A DNA stretch of 63,233 nucleotides, filler included, from Gonapodya sp. JEL0774 (lineage: Eukaryota): assembly GCA_027604505.1 (NCBI GenBank). It is 29 parts of 29 records of this genome, joined end to end, with 100 filler letters (N's around TTAATTAATTAA, not from the genome) between each part and the next. Parts side by side here need not be neighbours in the genome. Positions count along the whole stretch, not along the records: positions 10,967 to 13,058 come from JADIIX010002257.1; positions 13,159 to 15,249 come from JADIIX010002258.1; positions 15,350 to 17,439 come from JADIIX010002259.1; positions 17,540 to 19,629 come from JADIIX010002260.1; positions 19,730 to 21,819 come from JADIIX010002261.1; positions 21,920 to 24,007 come from JADIIX010002262.1; 23 more parts are not named here. One strand, given 5' to 3'. A program made the position numbers and the translations under genes. The notes under the pieces were generated by a model that did no database searches, was not told the origin of the DNA, and saw only the letters and a list, made by a program, of their open reading frames with translations. This document shows, piece by piece, positions 10,967 to 23,627 of this stretch. Numbering within the stretch: the first letter of the stretch is position 1; every line of letters begins with the position of its first letter.

Positions 10967-12780
10967 TCTCCACTCACTCAAAAACTGGGATCCGTCTTCG
11001 ACTGTAGTGATAAGACGTTTGAGGTGAGAATGATGTTTGTTACCGACAGAGATTCCGTTATGAGCTCACCAATCGATCCCGTAGGGGGTTCCGGATTCGT
11101 CGGGTTCGACGGGTCGGAGTTTCCTCCGGCCATTCGCGCTTGACGGCGCGCAGATCTTTGTCTGCCGTATTCTTCAGGTAGAGGTGGGGGCGGAGGGCGG
11201 CCACCTATGGAGGCTATTTGATGGGGATCGGATGCCAGGAAACCTTCGTTAATTTATAAGCCAGTGAAGGAGAGAACAGCACCAACCCACGGAAAAACTC
11301 TGATCCGTCACCCTCAGATGCAAATGGAATGTCCGGAGTCGTTCGGATCGGCCGAGGCGGAGACCCCGATTTGCGGGAAAGACGTGCCACCGGTTCCTCG
11401 TCCCCGAGCTGCTCCACAAACGGATCTTGGGGGAGGCCTCGAGACCTTCTGGGAGTAGAATACCGGCGAGAAGACGGACTGCCAGGAAGAGGTCCAGACG
11501 TGGTTGTGCGAAAGCTCATCTCCGGCGCGAGGAGCAGGCCGGTTTGATCGGAGGACGGGTAATTTCCAGTGAAGGAGCCGTAATTCCCTTGTCGGGATTG
11601 CAAGGTCGAAGTCATTACAGGGGCGTAATCTGGACTGTCACTGGAAGCTGTCGTCATGCATTAGTCGGATCGTGCCGATCCGCGAACAGAAGTGACAAGA
11701 ACCAACATGAAGATGCCATGCTTCGCCGCTTATTCGAATTTCTTCTCCGAATGATGAGGCACGCGATCATTACACAGACAAGGGCGACAGCGATGGCGAC
11801 ACCGACAGCGAGACCCACGAGAGCTGCGAGAGACAAACCTGCATAGTGTCGTCAAGGAAGTCAAACCCGGGGTGCTTTTAGTCCCTGAGAGCAATTTTCG
11901 CAGTACATTGATGGGGATGGCCCTACCTGGAGCATTCACCGCCACCATTTGGGAGTCCTGCGCACCCGCACTTGCAGATGCTGTGCCATCGAGGGAAGCT
12001 GTCCGCGACGCAGTCACGTTGACGGTGCCGAGCGACAATGTCGCCGTCATGTTGGCAGAAATAGAGGAACTAGGAGTGGGTGCGGTGGAAGGGAGGATGG
12101 AGAGTGAAGGGGTGCCGACTGCCGTTCCAGGTGCCGCGTTCCCATCCACAGTTGTTGACATGGTTAGCACTGGGATCATACTGCTTGACGTGATTGCCGA
12201 GGTCGCAACTCCTGTTAACATGCTCGCGCCTTGCTCGGTTGCGGGTGGCACAGAAGGGGTCATTCCAGGAACAGTCGCGGACGGCATCATGTCTCCTGTA
12301 AGCGTGGCAGCGGCTGATGCCGCTGATGTTGATGGCATCGTGCCGGGACTTGTTGCTGGTGGAATTGGTACGTCACCTTGCAGGCCAGGCAAAGGGGTTG
12401 CCAGATTGCACCCGGCAAGGTTATTTGAGCACCAGTTCCAGGCGCACTCCCAGAATCTTTTCATTTTGTCGAGGCAATCGAAATTTGCATGGGGCGTGAG
12501 CCCATACCAGAATCTTGAAACATTATTCTTGAGGTAACTCACCCGTCTGCGCACACGACGTGACAGAAGCCTTCTGTTCCACAGAATCGAAATCGCTCAT
12601 CAAGTTGTGGTCGAGGGTCTCCGCAATCCGCATCCGACGCACACAAATGTCTTCGGACGAGTTTGACAGTCGACCCTGGCAATGAAAGTTGGAGAATTGA
12701 ACACTAAACGCCGAATGTTGCAAGGACCAGATCTCACGTTCCGCGCCTCCACCTCGAATCTCTCCAAGAGCAATCAACAT
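10967..12780 (-). CDS. Single-pass membrane protein with Cys-containing N-region, Ser/Thr-rich stalk, TM helix and Pro/Ser-rich tail (Mid2/Wsc-like architecture), multi-exon
   Basis: S/T-rich ORF 11730-12554; TM segment LAALVGLAVGVAIAVALVCVMIACLII followed by RRRNSNKRR. Start and end are uncertain. Confidence 0.6.
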
Positions 12781-15349
12781 GGCGCCGAAATAGGCGTCCC
12801 ATATCCGGCCTGTTGAATGATTAATTCGCCACCATGTTCATTGAGGCGGAGTACGGATTGGGATATCACGTCACGCATCACAGCACCTCAGAAGACAAAA
12901 GCTAGCATGAGAAATAGACGTACCTTGGCCGAATCGATGTCGTTTGCGGATCTTCGTCATATGCTGAGTCAAAATGCGCCACGTTGAGTGTGTATCTTCT
13001 CCAAAGCCACGCACGACGTCCACGATTCCAGATGTAAGGCGTCAGAGTTCAGACTGTTNNNNNNNNNNNNNNNNNNNNNNNNNNNNNNNNNNNNNNNNNN
13101 NNTTAATTAATTAANNNNNNNNNNNNNNNNNNNNNNNNNNNNNNNNNNNNNNNNNNNNCTTCCTCATCCGCATCCCCTCCTCCACCGACCGCTCCAAACC
13201 CTCATCACCACTTTGGGGCCACTAAGTGCGAGCGAACGCTGATGCAAGTGACGAAGGGGCAGTAGTGCGGATGGTAAGTGGGACGGGCCGTTTCTGGCAC
13301 GAGACATCAGGCGTCGAGTAATTTCAGGACAGTGCAGTCACACGGTGTGCTGATCAGCCAGTTGCAATTTTTGGAATTACGGTGGCGTGGACGGCTGACC
13401 CGCGGACCATCATGGGGGGAATCTCTGACTTGGTGGACGGTCGAACACCACAACCTCGCACGGCGAGCCGAAGGGTATGGGTTGCGGAGTCTTCACGGGA
13501 CTACTAGATCTCGTGCAGACGGGATCCCTTGGTGGAAGGTAAGTCAAGCCCGTTTAACCCTTTCCCTGCACATATGTTCCATCCGCCTCTCGTTCCTACA
13601 TTACAGACCCTCCCCCGTCCAACGTTCACCTTGATCGAGCATTTTCACGCGACCCGTCGGTATAGGCCTTAGGGGACTACTAGGTCGTGGTGTAGGTGAA
13701 GGCAGAGCTGCACATGTTTGCTCAGAGCGGAAGGTGAGTGCGAGATCCGCGGTGGCGGACGGATTCGGATTGAAGGTCGTGTCCGCGGGTCGCATATTTT
13801 GATGGATTGGATTCAAAGACAGAGAATGGCGGAAAGTGGGATGTCGTTGTACGGGATGAGTACTGGACGTCGATTCGAGATGAATGTGGTCGGCATGCAT
13901 GACACGCGGACCGCGAAAGGAAAAAACCTCGAGACTGAGTTGGTGCGATGCTCAAGCACTCACTTTTGTTTTTTGTGCTCTGTTCCCCCCTTCCCGACCC
14001 TGTTTCTTTACCTCGACTGTCTCCTTTCTCCTCCTCCACGTCCCTGACCTTCCCCCCCGACTCCCCCCCCACTGACTATGTTATGTCCACCTCCCCGCTT
14101 CCATCACTTCCACCCTTTTTTTCCCCTCTCCACGGACATCACACCTCGTTCACCTCAGCCCGGTCTCTGGACTCGGGTGACGAGAAACCTGTTGTCGGAA
14201 CAACTGTAACGGCGGTCTATTCTGCGCCGGATGAGAGATATTTTATTAAGCTGATCCGTCTATGTGGTGAGTCTCGGATACGCTCAGGTTGGATCATTTT
14301 GGGATCCGGAACCAAATCGGTGTTACCTTCCTAGAGACATACCACGTTGCCTCCCTCCCTTGACGCATCATCTTCAAGAATGACCATTCCACTCCCTACG
14401 ATTGTTTTGGAACCGATAGGTTGGGGTGGACGAGCTGTTTCCACAGGAATAGAACCGCAGCTCCCCATCGTCCTCGCCAATCGCCACCACAGTTTATCCG
14501 CTGATAGCGTTAGTGCGAACACCTGACCGGACTCCCCAGAAGAGTCAACTCTATCGGTCAGGCGAGCAGGCCCAGAGTTGGACTCTAGCCGTCTATTTCA
14601 CTTGTATATTCATAATGCACTCTATCGGTCAGAGCATCTCCACGAAAGTCTCCAATGCCGGTACCCTGGCAATTGACAGCTCTCCCAACTGAGACTCTCC
14701 TGGCCATCACGAACTACTTGACTGTCGTTTAGGATCGCCGAACGGTGCTCTCAACCGACGACACGTTGAGATCTTTCGGAATCCCTCAAGCGTCGCACTC
14801 CGGGCGGTCGCTCACTATAAATCTCCCGATGAGCGTTTTGTATTAGAATGTTTGAGATCCGAACCTGGGCAACACTTGGTCGTCGAAGCGATTTACAAGT
14901 CGGGGTGTGCAGTGCTACATGGCTTGTACTTGCACGATCGGAAGGTAAAGTGAGAGGAGCAGGAACGGTGGTGGCCTTGGAGGCAGAGGCGTATGCCAAC
15001 AACTGTGACGGTATGAGATATTTGCTGAAGCTGGGCTGGAGCATCGAAGGTGTCTGCCCACAGGAAGTGAGCACTCCACTTGGTTGATTGGACGCGTAGT
15101 CACTTGTTCCGGGCGCTATATTTCGGATAATCCACCTTCCAAGAATGCTCGCCGTAGATTGTCGTAGTAATTCGGAAAACTCTCCTCAAAAGCCCATAAC
15201 GCTGTTCCCAAATGGATAAATAGGTAGGGTAATCGGATATGAGTTTAGCNNNNNNNNNNNNNNNNNNNNNNNNNNNNNNNNNNNNNNNNNNNNTTAATTA
15301 ATTAANNNNNNNNNNNNNNNNNNNNNNNNNNNNNNNNNNNNNNNNNNNN

Positions 15350-15637
15350 ATTGATGAAGCGCTATGGGCTGCGGTCGAGGATGGGAGGTTGGAGGTTGCG
15401 CAGTTGTTGCTACAGAGAGGAGCAAATGCTAGGGGAGAGTCATGGGAAAAAGATGACGCGCTGAGACTAGCCCGGAAGAAGGGACTGACGGATGTGATAG
15501 AGCTCATTTATAACCATTGTGGGCGATGTGAGGTATGCTCAGCACATAAGGCAGAGCAAGCACGAAGTACCTTGGGCGCGCCGTGGGAGCTATGGTTCAA
15601 AGTAGATCCAACATCTATTTCTTATGTCCTTCCGTGA
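15350..15637 (+). CDS. Ankyrin-repeat protein, C-terminal fragment
   Basis: ALWAAVEDGRLEVAQLLLQRGANA...DALRLARKKGLTDVIELI. Confidence 0.8.
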   Translation: MDEALWAAVEDGRLEVAQLLLQRGANARGESWEKDDALRLARKKGLTDVIELIYNHCGRCEVCSAHKAEQARSTLGAPWELWFKVDPTSISYVLP

Positions 15638-15793
15638 AGCTTGAATAGCGAGGAAACGGTTTCGTAATTTCAATCTAGTTTGTAACATCGAAGTATGAGG
15701 TGCTTGTTTGGACTCGTGGTGGCTCCGATACTTTTCGCATTTTGTTTTTAAGAAGAATCCAGGCTTGGAGAGTTTCGTTGCGCAGGTTCTCCT

Positions 15794-16741
15794 TCATACG
15801 CCTTCCAGTCTCGCGTTTTTTCGTGACTGCATTTGCCACCTTAACACCACTTTGATATCACGATCCTCAATACCGGCTTCAAGCAGTGCTTGAACCACCC
15901 CCAAGTGACCATTACTACACGCATTTCTGAACGCCAGGCACCGGTTTACCCTCAAGTTCGCCTCTCGTTCCCACAAGCGACGGACAATTTCTTCGTTGCC
16001 TTTGGTCGCGGCATAATCCAGTGCCTGATCATCATTGCAGTGAATATCAGCTCCCAGCTCCAGGCACAGGTTCGGAATTCGCAAGTCTCCATAGAAGCAC
16101 GCTGTCAGCATTGCAGACTCGATGGTTTCAGTAGAAGTGATTCCGACTCCCCGTTCGAGAAGAAAGTGGACGATGGGCGTTTGGCCGGACCGAGAGGCTT
16201 GCGAGACAAGATTCCCATTGACAGAATCACTGTTCGCGGAGTCCAAATCGGCGCCGAGATCCAGGAGGGTCCGAACGACGCTCAGGTGTCCAACCCGACA
16301 ACCTTGATGCAAAGCTTCCGTTGTCCAGGATCTGTTCCTATCTCGACTCCATAGTAGACGGACGGCTGCCGAAGATCCTGCTCTCATCGCCGCGTGCAGG
16401 CATTCTTTTGCGGGATTGTCAACCCTTCGAAGTATCAGTTCTACGACTGCGTATGAACTCGGAACCCTCCGACACTCTGAGTTGAGAGCCCCAATCGTGG
16501 ATTCAAAGCGACGAATAGCGCGCTGTGCTATGGAGTTTGGATCGCGGAGAGCTGGGAGAAGGTTGCGGCAAAGGGCAGGCCGGGGAAGACCGTGGCGATA
16601 CCCAGTGCGGAAAAAGGCTGAGATTCGAACCTGTATCTCGACAGGGAGAGCCAAAAGCGGGAGAGAAGGGATGGGAGGTGCGACTGGCGCCTGCCTCTCC
16701 TGCATGTCCTGCCGACGGGAGCGGGAAAGTTTGGGCGGCAT
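15794..16741 (-). CDS. F-box-like / ankyrin-repeat protein (315 aa, apparently intronless)
   Basis: N-terminal LLALPVEIQVRI (F-box-like) and about six ankyrin repeats (ALHQGCRVGHLSVVRTLLDLGAD; ALDYAATKGNEEIVRRL; NACSNGHLGVVQALLEAG). Confidence 0.8.
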   Translation of the reverse strand: MPPKLSRSRRQDMQERQAPVAPPIPSLPLLALPVEIQVRISAFFRTGYRHGLPRPALCRNLLPALRDPNSIAQRAIRRFESTIGALNSECRRVPSSYAVVELILRRVDNPAKECLHAAMRAGSSAAVRLLWSRDRNRSWTTEALHQGCRVGHLSVVRTLLDLGADLDSANSDSVNGNLVSQASRSGQTPIVHFLLERGVGITSTETIESAMLTACFYGDLRIPNLCLELGADIHCNDDQALDYAATKGNEEIVRRLWEREANLRVNRCLAFRNACSNGHLGVVQALLEAGIEDRDIKVVLRWQMQSRKNARLEGV

Positions 16742-17708
16742 GATTGAACGCGAGGGCCACTTCTTTTGATCACAGAAACCAATTTTGTAAATGGTAGCGC
16801 GAGCAGGCAGATGAGAAACCGGGATGAGTGTTCCAGAATGGGTGCAGCTGAGAGGTTGAAGCTCTGCTGTTCCGCACCGCGAAAAACCATCGAAGAGAAC
16901 GACAGATTATTTGCATTCGTCATATTTACAAAGAAAATCAACATATTATTGCATCCCTGAAAACAATCAATAAAGATATTCCCTCGGTATCCACAAGCAG
17001 AACACGCTTGGTCGACATCCACACTCCCTTCCAGCACTTCGCACCAATCACCCCCACCATTCCTTTCAGCCAAACATCCCCACAAGCCCGTACTCATCCA
17101 TGTCTTCACTATGATCGCCTTCGAACAGTTCATTCAGTCCGTACCCCACAACATTTTGATCGTTCCGTTCCGCTGCACTGCAATTGACAACCACGACCTC
17201 CTCCTTCATTTCAAAAAGTTCGCCAGACCACCCGCCAAACAAGTCAAGAGTGTCAGATTGAGGCATAGGTTTCTCCAGTCCCGTTGTCGCGACCTGATCC
17301 TCCTCAACCTCGTCGAATATCCAAAGAACTCGGTCCTCCTCCCAGCCGTCCATGAACATAACATCACTTTCTGCGACCGAATCTCGCTTTTCCATCCCCG
17401 AGGAAGTCAGGGGAACACGATCTGAACTTGCCTCCAACTNNNNNNNNNNNNNNNNNNNNNNNNNNNNNNNNNNNNNNNNNNNNTTAATTAATTAANNNNN
17501 NNNNNNNNNNNNNNNNNNNNNNNNNNNNNNNNNNNNNNNGTTGGGTCAAACCAACGACTAACGCCAAGCAAACGCCTAGGAACTCCATGCTCAATGCAAT
17601 ACAGCCGAGGACTGGACAACTGCTCTTCTTTGTTTTCGGCATGGTACATCGCAACGCAGCAACTTAGCAAGCGCTCCACTCGCAGACAAGTATGGCACTC
17701 CAAATCTG

Positions 17709-18933
17709 TCACCGATGTCCCCTTTCGCTGCCATTCCTTTCATCTCGTCGGTCCTCCCTCCTCCAGTCATCCTCCCTCCTTTCACCTCTTCGTTCATCTG
17801 GATCCCGCTTCTCGTAGCGATCCTCATCGTTGTGGTGTTTTCGCTTGTCATCGTATCGGCGCGGCGACCGCGATCGTGACCTGTCATGACGTTCTTTGTC
17901 CCGAGGTCCATCTGTACTGCGATCTCGGTCCCTGTCTCGGTTCCTGCTTCTATGCGAGTCATTGTCTGTCTTCTCGTGACGAGTCGGGCCGTCGCGGTCT
18001 CGAATGTCATTGCTTCGTCTAGGTTCATCGCCATTTTGATCTCGGTTGCCCCGCCAATCACGATCATCGTCCCTCTCACTGTTGAACTCGCTGTTCCGAG
18101 TGCCACCTCCGCCGGATGCTTTGGCATCCGCTCTCGCCTCCTTATCGGCGTCCGGGTCTACGCCCCAAACTTTCAGCAGCTCCGGATCAACATCTCCATC
18201 GTCATCCTCCTCTTCCTCTTCGTTCCTCGTCCTGTCCTCCGAATGACCGCGATCAGACCCCGACGTAGTCGAAGTACCCCGCTGGTCTCTACGCTTCTTT
18301 CGCCTGCCGAATTCGTCGAATTCGTCATCTTCACGGAACCTCGTCTCGCGGTATTGAACCTCGTCGTCTTTCTCACAAGGAATGGGAGAAAGGGAAAGTG
18401 AGCCTTTCGTTTGGACATCCTCACACTTGTGTACTCATCGACACAATCTCTCACCTCTATCTTTAAAGCCACCTCCATAACCCTCGCGGGTGCCCTTTGG
18501 ACCCAGACCGGGCTTCGGATTGTTACAAATGTTGCAGCTCAACCGCTTGCTCCCTGGGTTCAGAACGCAATCAAAAAAAAAAAGACTTTAGCCCTCGAGA
18601 GGAAAGACGCTCGTACGTACAACGTTTTCAGGTGTCCGTGGTGCGCATTGGGTGACAGCGACAACCTACATCTCGTTACCCACAATTCACATTCCCGCAG
18701 CTCGAACAACGCCAATCGTTCGGCGCAAACATTCCCTTAGAATCTCTCGAGCCACCCATTCCAAGCTCTCCACCTCCTCCACCTCGGCCGCCTCCTCCAA
18801 ATCCGCCCCTTCCCCTTCCTCCACCCCTATCCTCCCAGCCCCCGCGGCTACCTCGGAATCCGCCCCTGCCGCCACGATATCCTCCATCGTCACGGCGGTC
18901 ATCGTAGGAGCGTGAGTTGCCTCTGTATGACAT
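17709..18933 (-). CDS. ZRANB2: ZRANB2-like splicing factor (RGG region, RanBP2 zinc finger, RD/RS tail), multi-exon
   Basis: Spliced DWRCSSCGNVNWSKRLSCNICNNPK, then REGYGGGFKDR and DDEFDEFGRRK, matching the ZRANB2 post-finger motifs. RD-rich tail ends at TGA 17709-17711. Confidence 0.75.
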
Positions 18934-19114
18934 TTTGTGGGCTGATGGTGGTTGGAGTGTGGTGTTGGACCCAGCACGATCGCACTTGGAAATCCCAAAA
19001 ATTCGTAGAAATTCCCAGTTATTACAGTATCCAATTCCAAAGATGTATCTATACAAGTGCATTTGCTGGGTATAGACGTTATGAGGTGTCCATGAACAGT
19101 GCCAAATACCAAAC

Positions 19115-19629
19115 TCATCCTCGCGTTCTTCGGATATTATACTTCTGCTGGTACTCATACAGTTCGGTTTCTCGTTTGCGATATACCTCCATGAGCTCCT
19201 CGGAGCGTTTGCCGATCTGGATTGAGGGAGAAGGAGGTGGAAGACAGGTTAGCGAACAGGGGGAGTTGAAGGGGTCCCGATGGCTGAACAAAATATCATG
19301 CTGGATCTTGATTCTCAGGTATGTGATCAACTAGGGGATGTCGAACCTCGTGTCCTCGTCTTCCTTGCTTCGCTCAAGTGTTCCACGGGCCAATGTGACT
19401 CAGAAACACACTTACGTTGGCCACAACACTAGCGAGCATTGGCTTAACTTCCCCAATTGTCTTTTCCATTAACACACCACTGACTAGACGGAAGCAGCGC
19501 CGGTCCGCCGGTAGTGAGGATATCGAATCCAGGACAAGTCTTTTCATTCACAGCAAGAGGGTAAACGGAGTCCAAAGCATCTGGTGCGAGTGACAAGTTC
19601 TCACTGATTTTCATCCTTGTCCGTTTCCA
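19115..19629 (-). CDS. GIM4: Prefoldin subunit 2, 3' part
   Basis: Exon LVLDSISSLPADRRCFRLVSGVLMEKTIGEVKPML and last exon ...RKRETELYEYQQKYNIR. Confidence 0.8.
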
Positions 19630-19928
19630 NNNNNNNNNNNNNNNNNNNNNNNNNNNNNNNNNNNNNNNNNNNNTTAATTAATTAANNNNNNNNNNNNNNN
19701 NNNNNNNNNNNNNNNNNNNNNNNNNNNNNGTATTTGAGTCACGAATCACGAATCACGAATAAATGTCTCTATTCACGTATAACTGGTCTTGAATGTGAAT
19801 CTATCAATATATGCGTGATCACGCAGTCTAGATCTACGAGAAGAAAAGTGCAAAAAGACATGCAGCATTCGATTGTTAAATTGTCGGGAGCAATCGATGG
19901 TGAGATCAAAAGGCTGCATAGCTCCCTA

Positions 19929-21117
19929 CTAAAGCTTGCAAGCACGCACCCCAGAAGGTATCACGCGTGACTCCGTCAACCAATCTCGCACTTTGATGAC
20001 CTCTTCCGATGTTAATCCGACAAGCTCCTCAAAGTACCTGCGACGGAGGCGCAGAAAGTCTGGCTCCAAAGGTTGTAAAATGTCCGGTGCAGCTTCCGAG
20101 GGAGTCGAGTGACTACCAAGGAGTGCCCGGCGGAGACGAGTGAAAGCGAGATGCATCGCTTTGGGGCTAGGTGTAATCAGCATGCAAATAACGAGATTGG
20201 TTGAAATCGCTTTGAGAACTTGAGGTAACAACAACTTACTCAGTGCTATTCATATTGGTGACTTGTTCCGGTGTAAGATTGTGCTCCACTGCTAGTCGCT
20301 GGCGATCAGCTTCACTCACTAAAAGGATATCAGAGTTCCATTAGCGTAATTGCCGAAGTATGTATTCAGTCGTTCTGGCGCACGCTCACGTTTCCGAATG
20401 TCTTGGCTTGCTCCGTAATCTCGTGCGACCAGATCCTCGTCCACACCAGCGCACCATGCCAACAGCACGGCCGTTGTCATTCCTGCTCTGTCTTTACCGG
20501 CCGTGCAGTGGAGGACGAACGGAGTTCCCTCATTCAAGATGTGCTGGCAGATGCTTCGTACAGCGGTGACGATTTTGAGTGCAACCTGGGCATAAACGTA
20601 CCCAAACCCTTCTGAGCCCGACGCATAAAGGGAGAACCTTGCGATCCGTCATGCCGACCTATTAGCATGGGAATGCTTGTTACCACATACAAGCTGAGCA
20701 CTAACCTCATTCCCATAGCCATGGGGCTGTAATCTTCGTCCAAGTATGCTGGCGCATATACCCGCTTGATGCCGTACTTCTCAAACAGTGCCTCTCCGGT
20801 TCCGTACTTTTTGCACTCTCCTACTGACCGCAAATCAAAAACTGTTCGAATGTTGCGGTCGAGCATAACTTTGACTCCGTTTTCCGTGACGCCCCCGGGG
20901 CTGAATGAGAATTTGTTTCGGAATGATGGCAAATTTGTGAATCCATGAACAACTATCTAGGGGAAGAACAGGCAACCCACTGTCCAGACCGCCAGAGCGC
21001 CCCAACTCGAGTCACACGACCTTCTCGTGTAGGGTAACCGCCGACGTGTCTGAAATTCTGTACTCCTTCCACGTCAATAACACGTCCAGCTCCATAGCGT
21101 CTCCACCATTCCGTCAT
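19929..21117 (-). CDS. Tyrosine phosphatase of Y_phosphatase3 (IphP/PtpB-like) family, multi-exon
   Basis: ATG at 21117; GVQNFRHVGGYPT...LWRSG; IRTVFDLRS; PFVLHCTAGKDRAG. Confidence 0.85.
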
Positions 21118-21919
21118 TGAGTGTTCTTCCTCGAGGAGGAACTTCGAGATGTTCGGTGCAAGGAACGTCTCCGAAGCGACGTTTAAGTATGCAACAGTTG
21201 GTGGCAGACCTGAATTACAATTGGTTCACATTTTCATGGTCCTCAGTGAGGGGAGAGACGTGAAGCAGTACCTGACCAGGCTCACCTTGTACAGCGGATC
21301 CTCCAACAGTGGCGAGAAAGCGGACAGGCAATATTCCATTCTCTAAGACTACGGGGACACATATACTCGATGCTGTGTATAGAAACGAGTTGGTACGGAT
21401 GCTCCGAAGGACGATTGCGAACCACCAATACGTCGCTCACCCCTGCCAAAACTGATGATCCCATGAATTTCCCAACCTTTGTTCCTCCAAAAATTAACGA
21501 CAGCAAGAAGATCCCCCTGTCAAACGATCGAGCAAACAGGCAGTGAGGCGGGAGCTACTGCACATCATACTCAGTGGCAGCTCACTACAGAGGCAAGGCC
21601 AATGGCGAAAGAGGAGTACGGAAGAAGGTCTGAGAGCTCATCAATTGTTCGCTTGGCAGGAATATCGCTTTCAGGCCACGCAAGGAGCACGAGCTTTCCG
21701 AAACTAGCCGTGTCTTGGGAGACACGCTTTTGGTGGAGACTTCCACCACGAGATCCGAGTTTCAAAGGGACCGTTATGGATTGATCCGGTTGATAAGATG
21801 GAATATGGGCCGCGGGATCNNNNNNNNNNNNNNNNNNNNNNNNNNNNNNNNNNNNNNNNNNNNTTAATTAATTAANNNNNNNNNNNNNNNNNNNNNNNNN
21901 NNNNNNNNNNNNNNNNNNN

Positions 21920-23293
21920 CCCTTCTTTGTCCTCAACTCGGACGTCATCTGCGAGTTCCCGTTTTCAGAACTGGCTGCGTTCCACCTCTCACACGGAGGT
22001 GAGGGCACAATCATGGTGACCAAGGTTGACGACCCCACAAAATACGGAGTGGTGGTCACGAAGGACAAAAGTAGCGTCAGTGAGTTGGGTTCGGGATCCT
22101 TGGAGCTCTCGTTGTGTCGCAGCCCAAGCTGACGTGTCTTGCTCGACTCGGCTCGGTTGTCGTTGGCTTTGACCAACGCACACCTCAGTCGACCGATTCG
22201 TCGAGAAACCGCAAATATTCGTAGGAGACAGGATCAACGCGGGCATTTACATCTTCAACCCTACCATCCTTAGCCGCATCGAGGTGAGTAAAACGAGCGG
22301 CAGAAAGGGCACGATGGGTTGGTTTCGAGTGGTGGTGTGATCCAGGCTGCCCGGGCCTGACCCGGGTCTTCCACCAAAAACACCTTTTATGGACTATGAT
22401 GCTCACGACTCCCCCCGCGACGGCTTCGCCCACCGCTCACATTGCCCCACCAACCGCTCCCCCCCGGTCCCCCCCTTTACCAGCCCCGCCCCACCTCCAT
22501 CGAGCGCGAAATCTTCCCCGCCATGGCCCTCGACTCCCAACTCCACTGCATGGACCTGGACGGCATCTGGATGGACGTGGGGCAGCCCAAGGACTACCTC
22601 CTTGGCACCACGCTGTACCTCCAGTCGCTGGCCGACCGTGACTTTGCTGTCGCTCAGGCGGCGGCGGTGGCCAACGGAACTTCACCGACGGGGGCCGGCC
22701 CGTCCGCTTCACCATCCCCTTCCCCGGTACCCGCCCGGCACGCCCGCACCCTGTCCCATTCCAAACCCCCCCGCCGGTCCCGCATCGCCGGCCCCCCGCT
22801 GTGCCGCCTTCCCTTCGTGAAGGGCAACGTGCTGATCCACCCTACGGCCACCATCGGCACAGGGTGCAAGATCGGCCCCGACGTTGTTGTGGGACCCGGT
22901 GTGGTTGTGGGTGACGGTGTGAGGATCGTGGGGAGTGTGATCATGGAAGGTGCGACGGTGAAGGACCATGCGGTGGTCAGGAGGAGTATCGTGGGGTGGC
23001 ACAGCACGGTGGGACAGTGGGCGAGGGTGGATGCAATCACGGTGCTCGGTGAGTGGTCGAGAATCACGCTCAAAACCATGACGAGCGAAACGGGGTGTGG
23101 TGGGAGTGGTGGCTCACGGCCCATAACCGTCTGACTCGCCCCACTTTGGCGCATCGACCCCCCCTCCCCCACCCACCAAACACCACTAGGCGACGACGTG
23201 CACATCGTTGAAGAAGTGTACGTGAACGGGGCCATCGTGTTACCGCACAAGGAAGTCAAGGCGTGCGTGTTATCTCCGCAGATCATCATGTGA
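21920..23293 (+). CDS. PSA1: Mannose-1-phosphate guanylyltransferase (GDP-mannose pyrophosphorylase), 5'-truncated
   Basis: [25 protein letters not shown]...[28 protein letters not shown], hexapeptide repeats, and C-terminal PQIIM*. Confidence 0.93.
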
Positions 23294-23627
23294 TCAAACA
23301 AAAATTCGACGACGGAAGCGCGTGCGGGGGAAGGACAAACAGAGGTGGGGGGGTGGGGGGTGGGGGGGGAAACGGTGTCCCAACGTCGGGGGCGAGGGCT
23401 AGCTGGCCGGAACCCGGCGAACACGTATACAGATTCCATTGCATGCATGCAGCTGTCCCATTTCCATTCCAATACAATACAACACCCACACACACCACCG
23501 CACCTCTGTCCCCGCACCGTGACCGTGACAGAGCCACTCCCCATCCCATTTTGCCCTTGGTCCAATCCAACCCCCGTTGATCCCGCCCACCCCGGCCGTC
23601 CGGCCGCCCCCGGCCACCTACCCCTTC

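Noticed and set aside
13159..15249. Short ORFs and possible exons in this contig
   Set aside because: No recognisable motif and no consistent gene model could be built.
16528..17437. Cys motif CSACG...C...C and an acidic ORF
   Set aside because: They are in different frames with no clear splice path; too weak to call.
23119..23129. PBS-like GGTTATGGGCC on the minus strand
   Set aside because: Lies inside an MPG1 intron, is not preceded by an LTR CA end and has no gag. The weaker matches near 15192 and 27306 fail the same tests.
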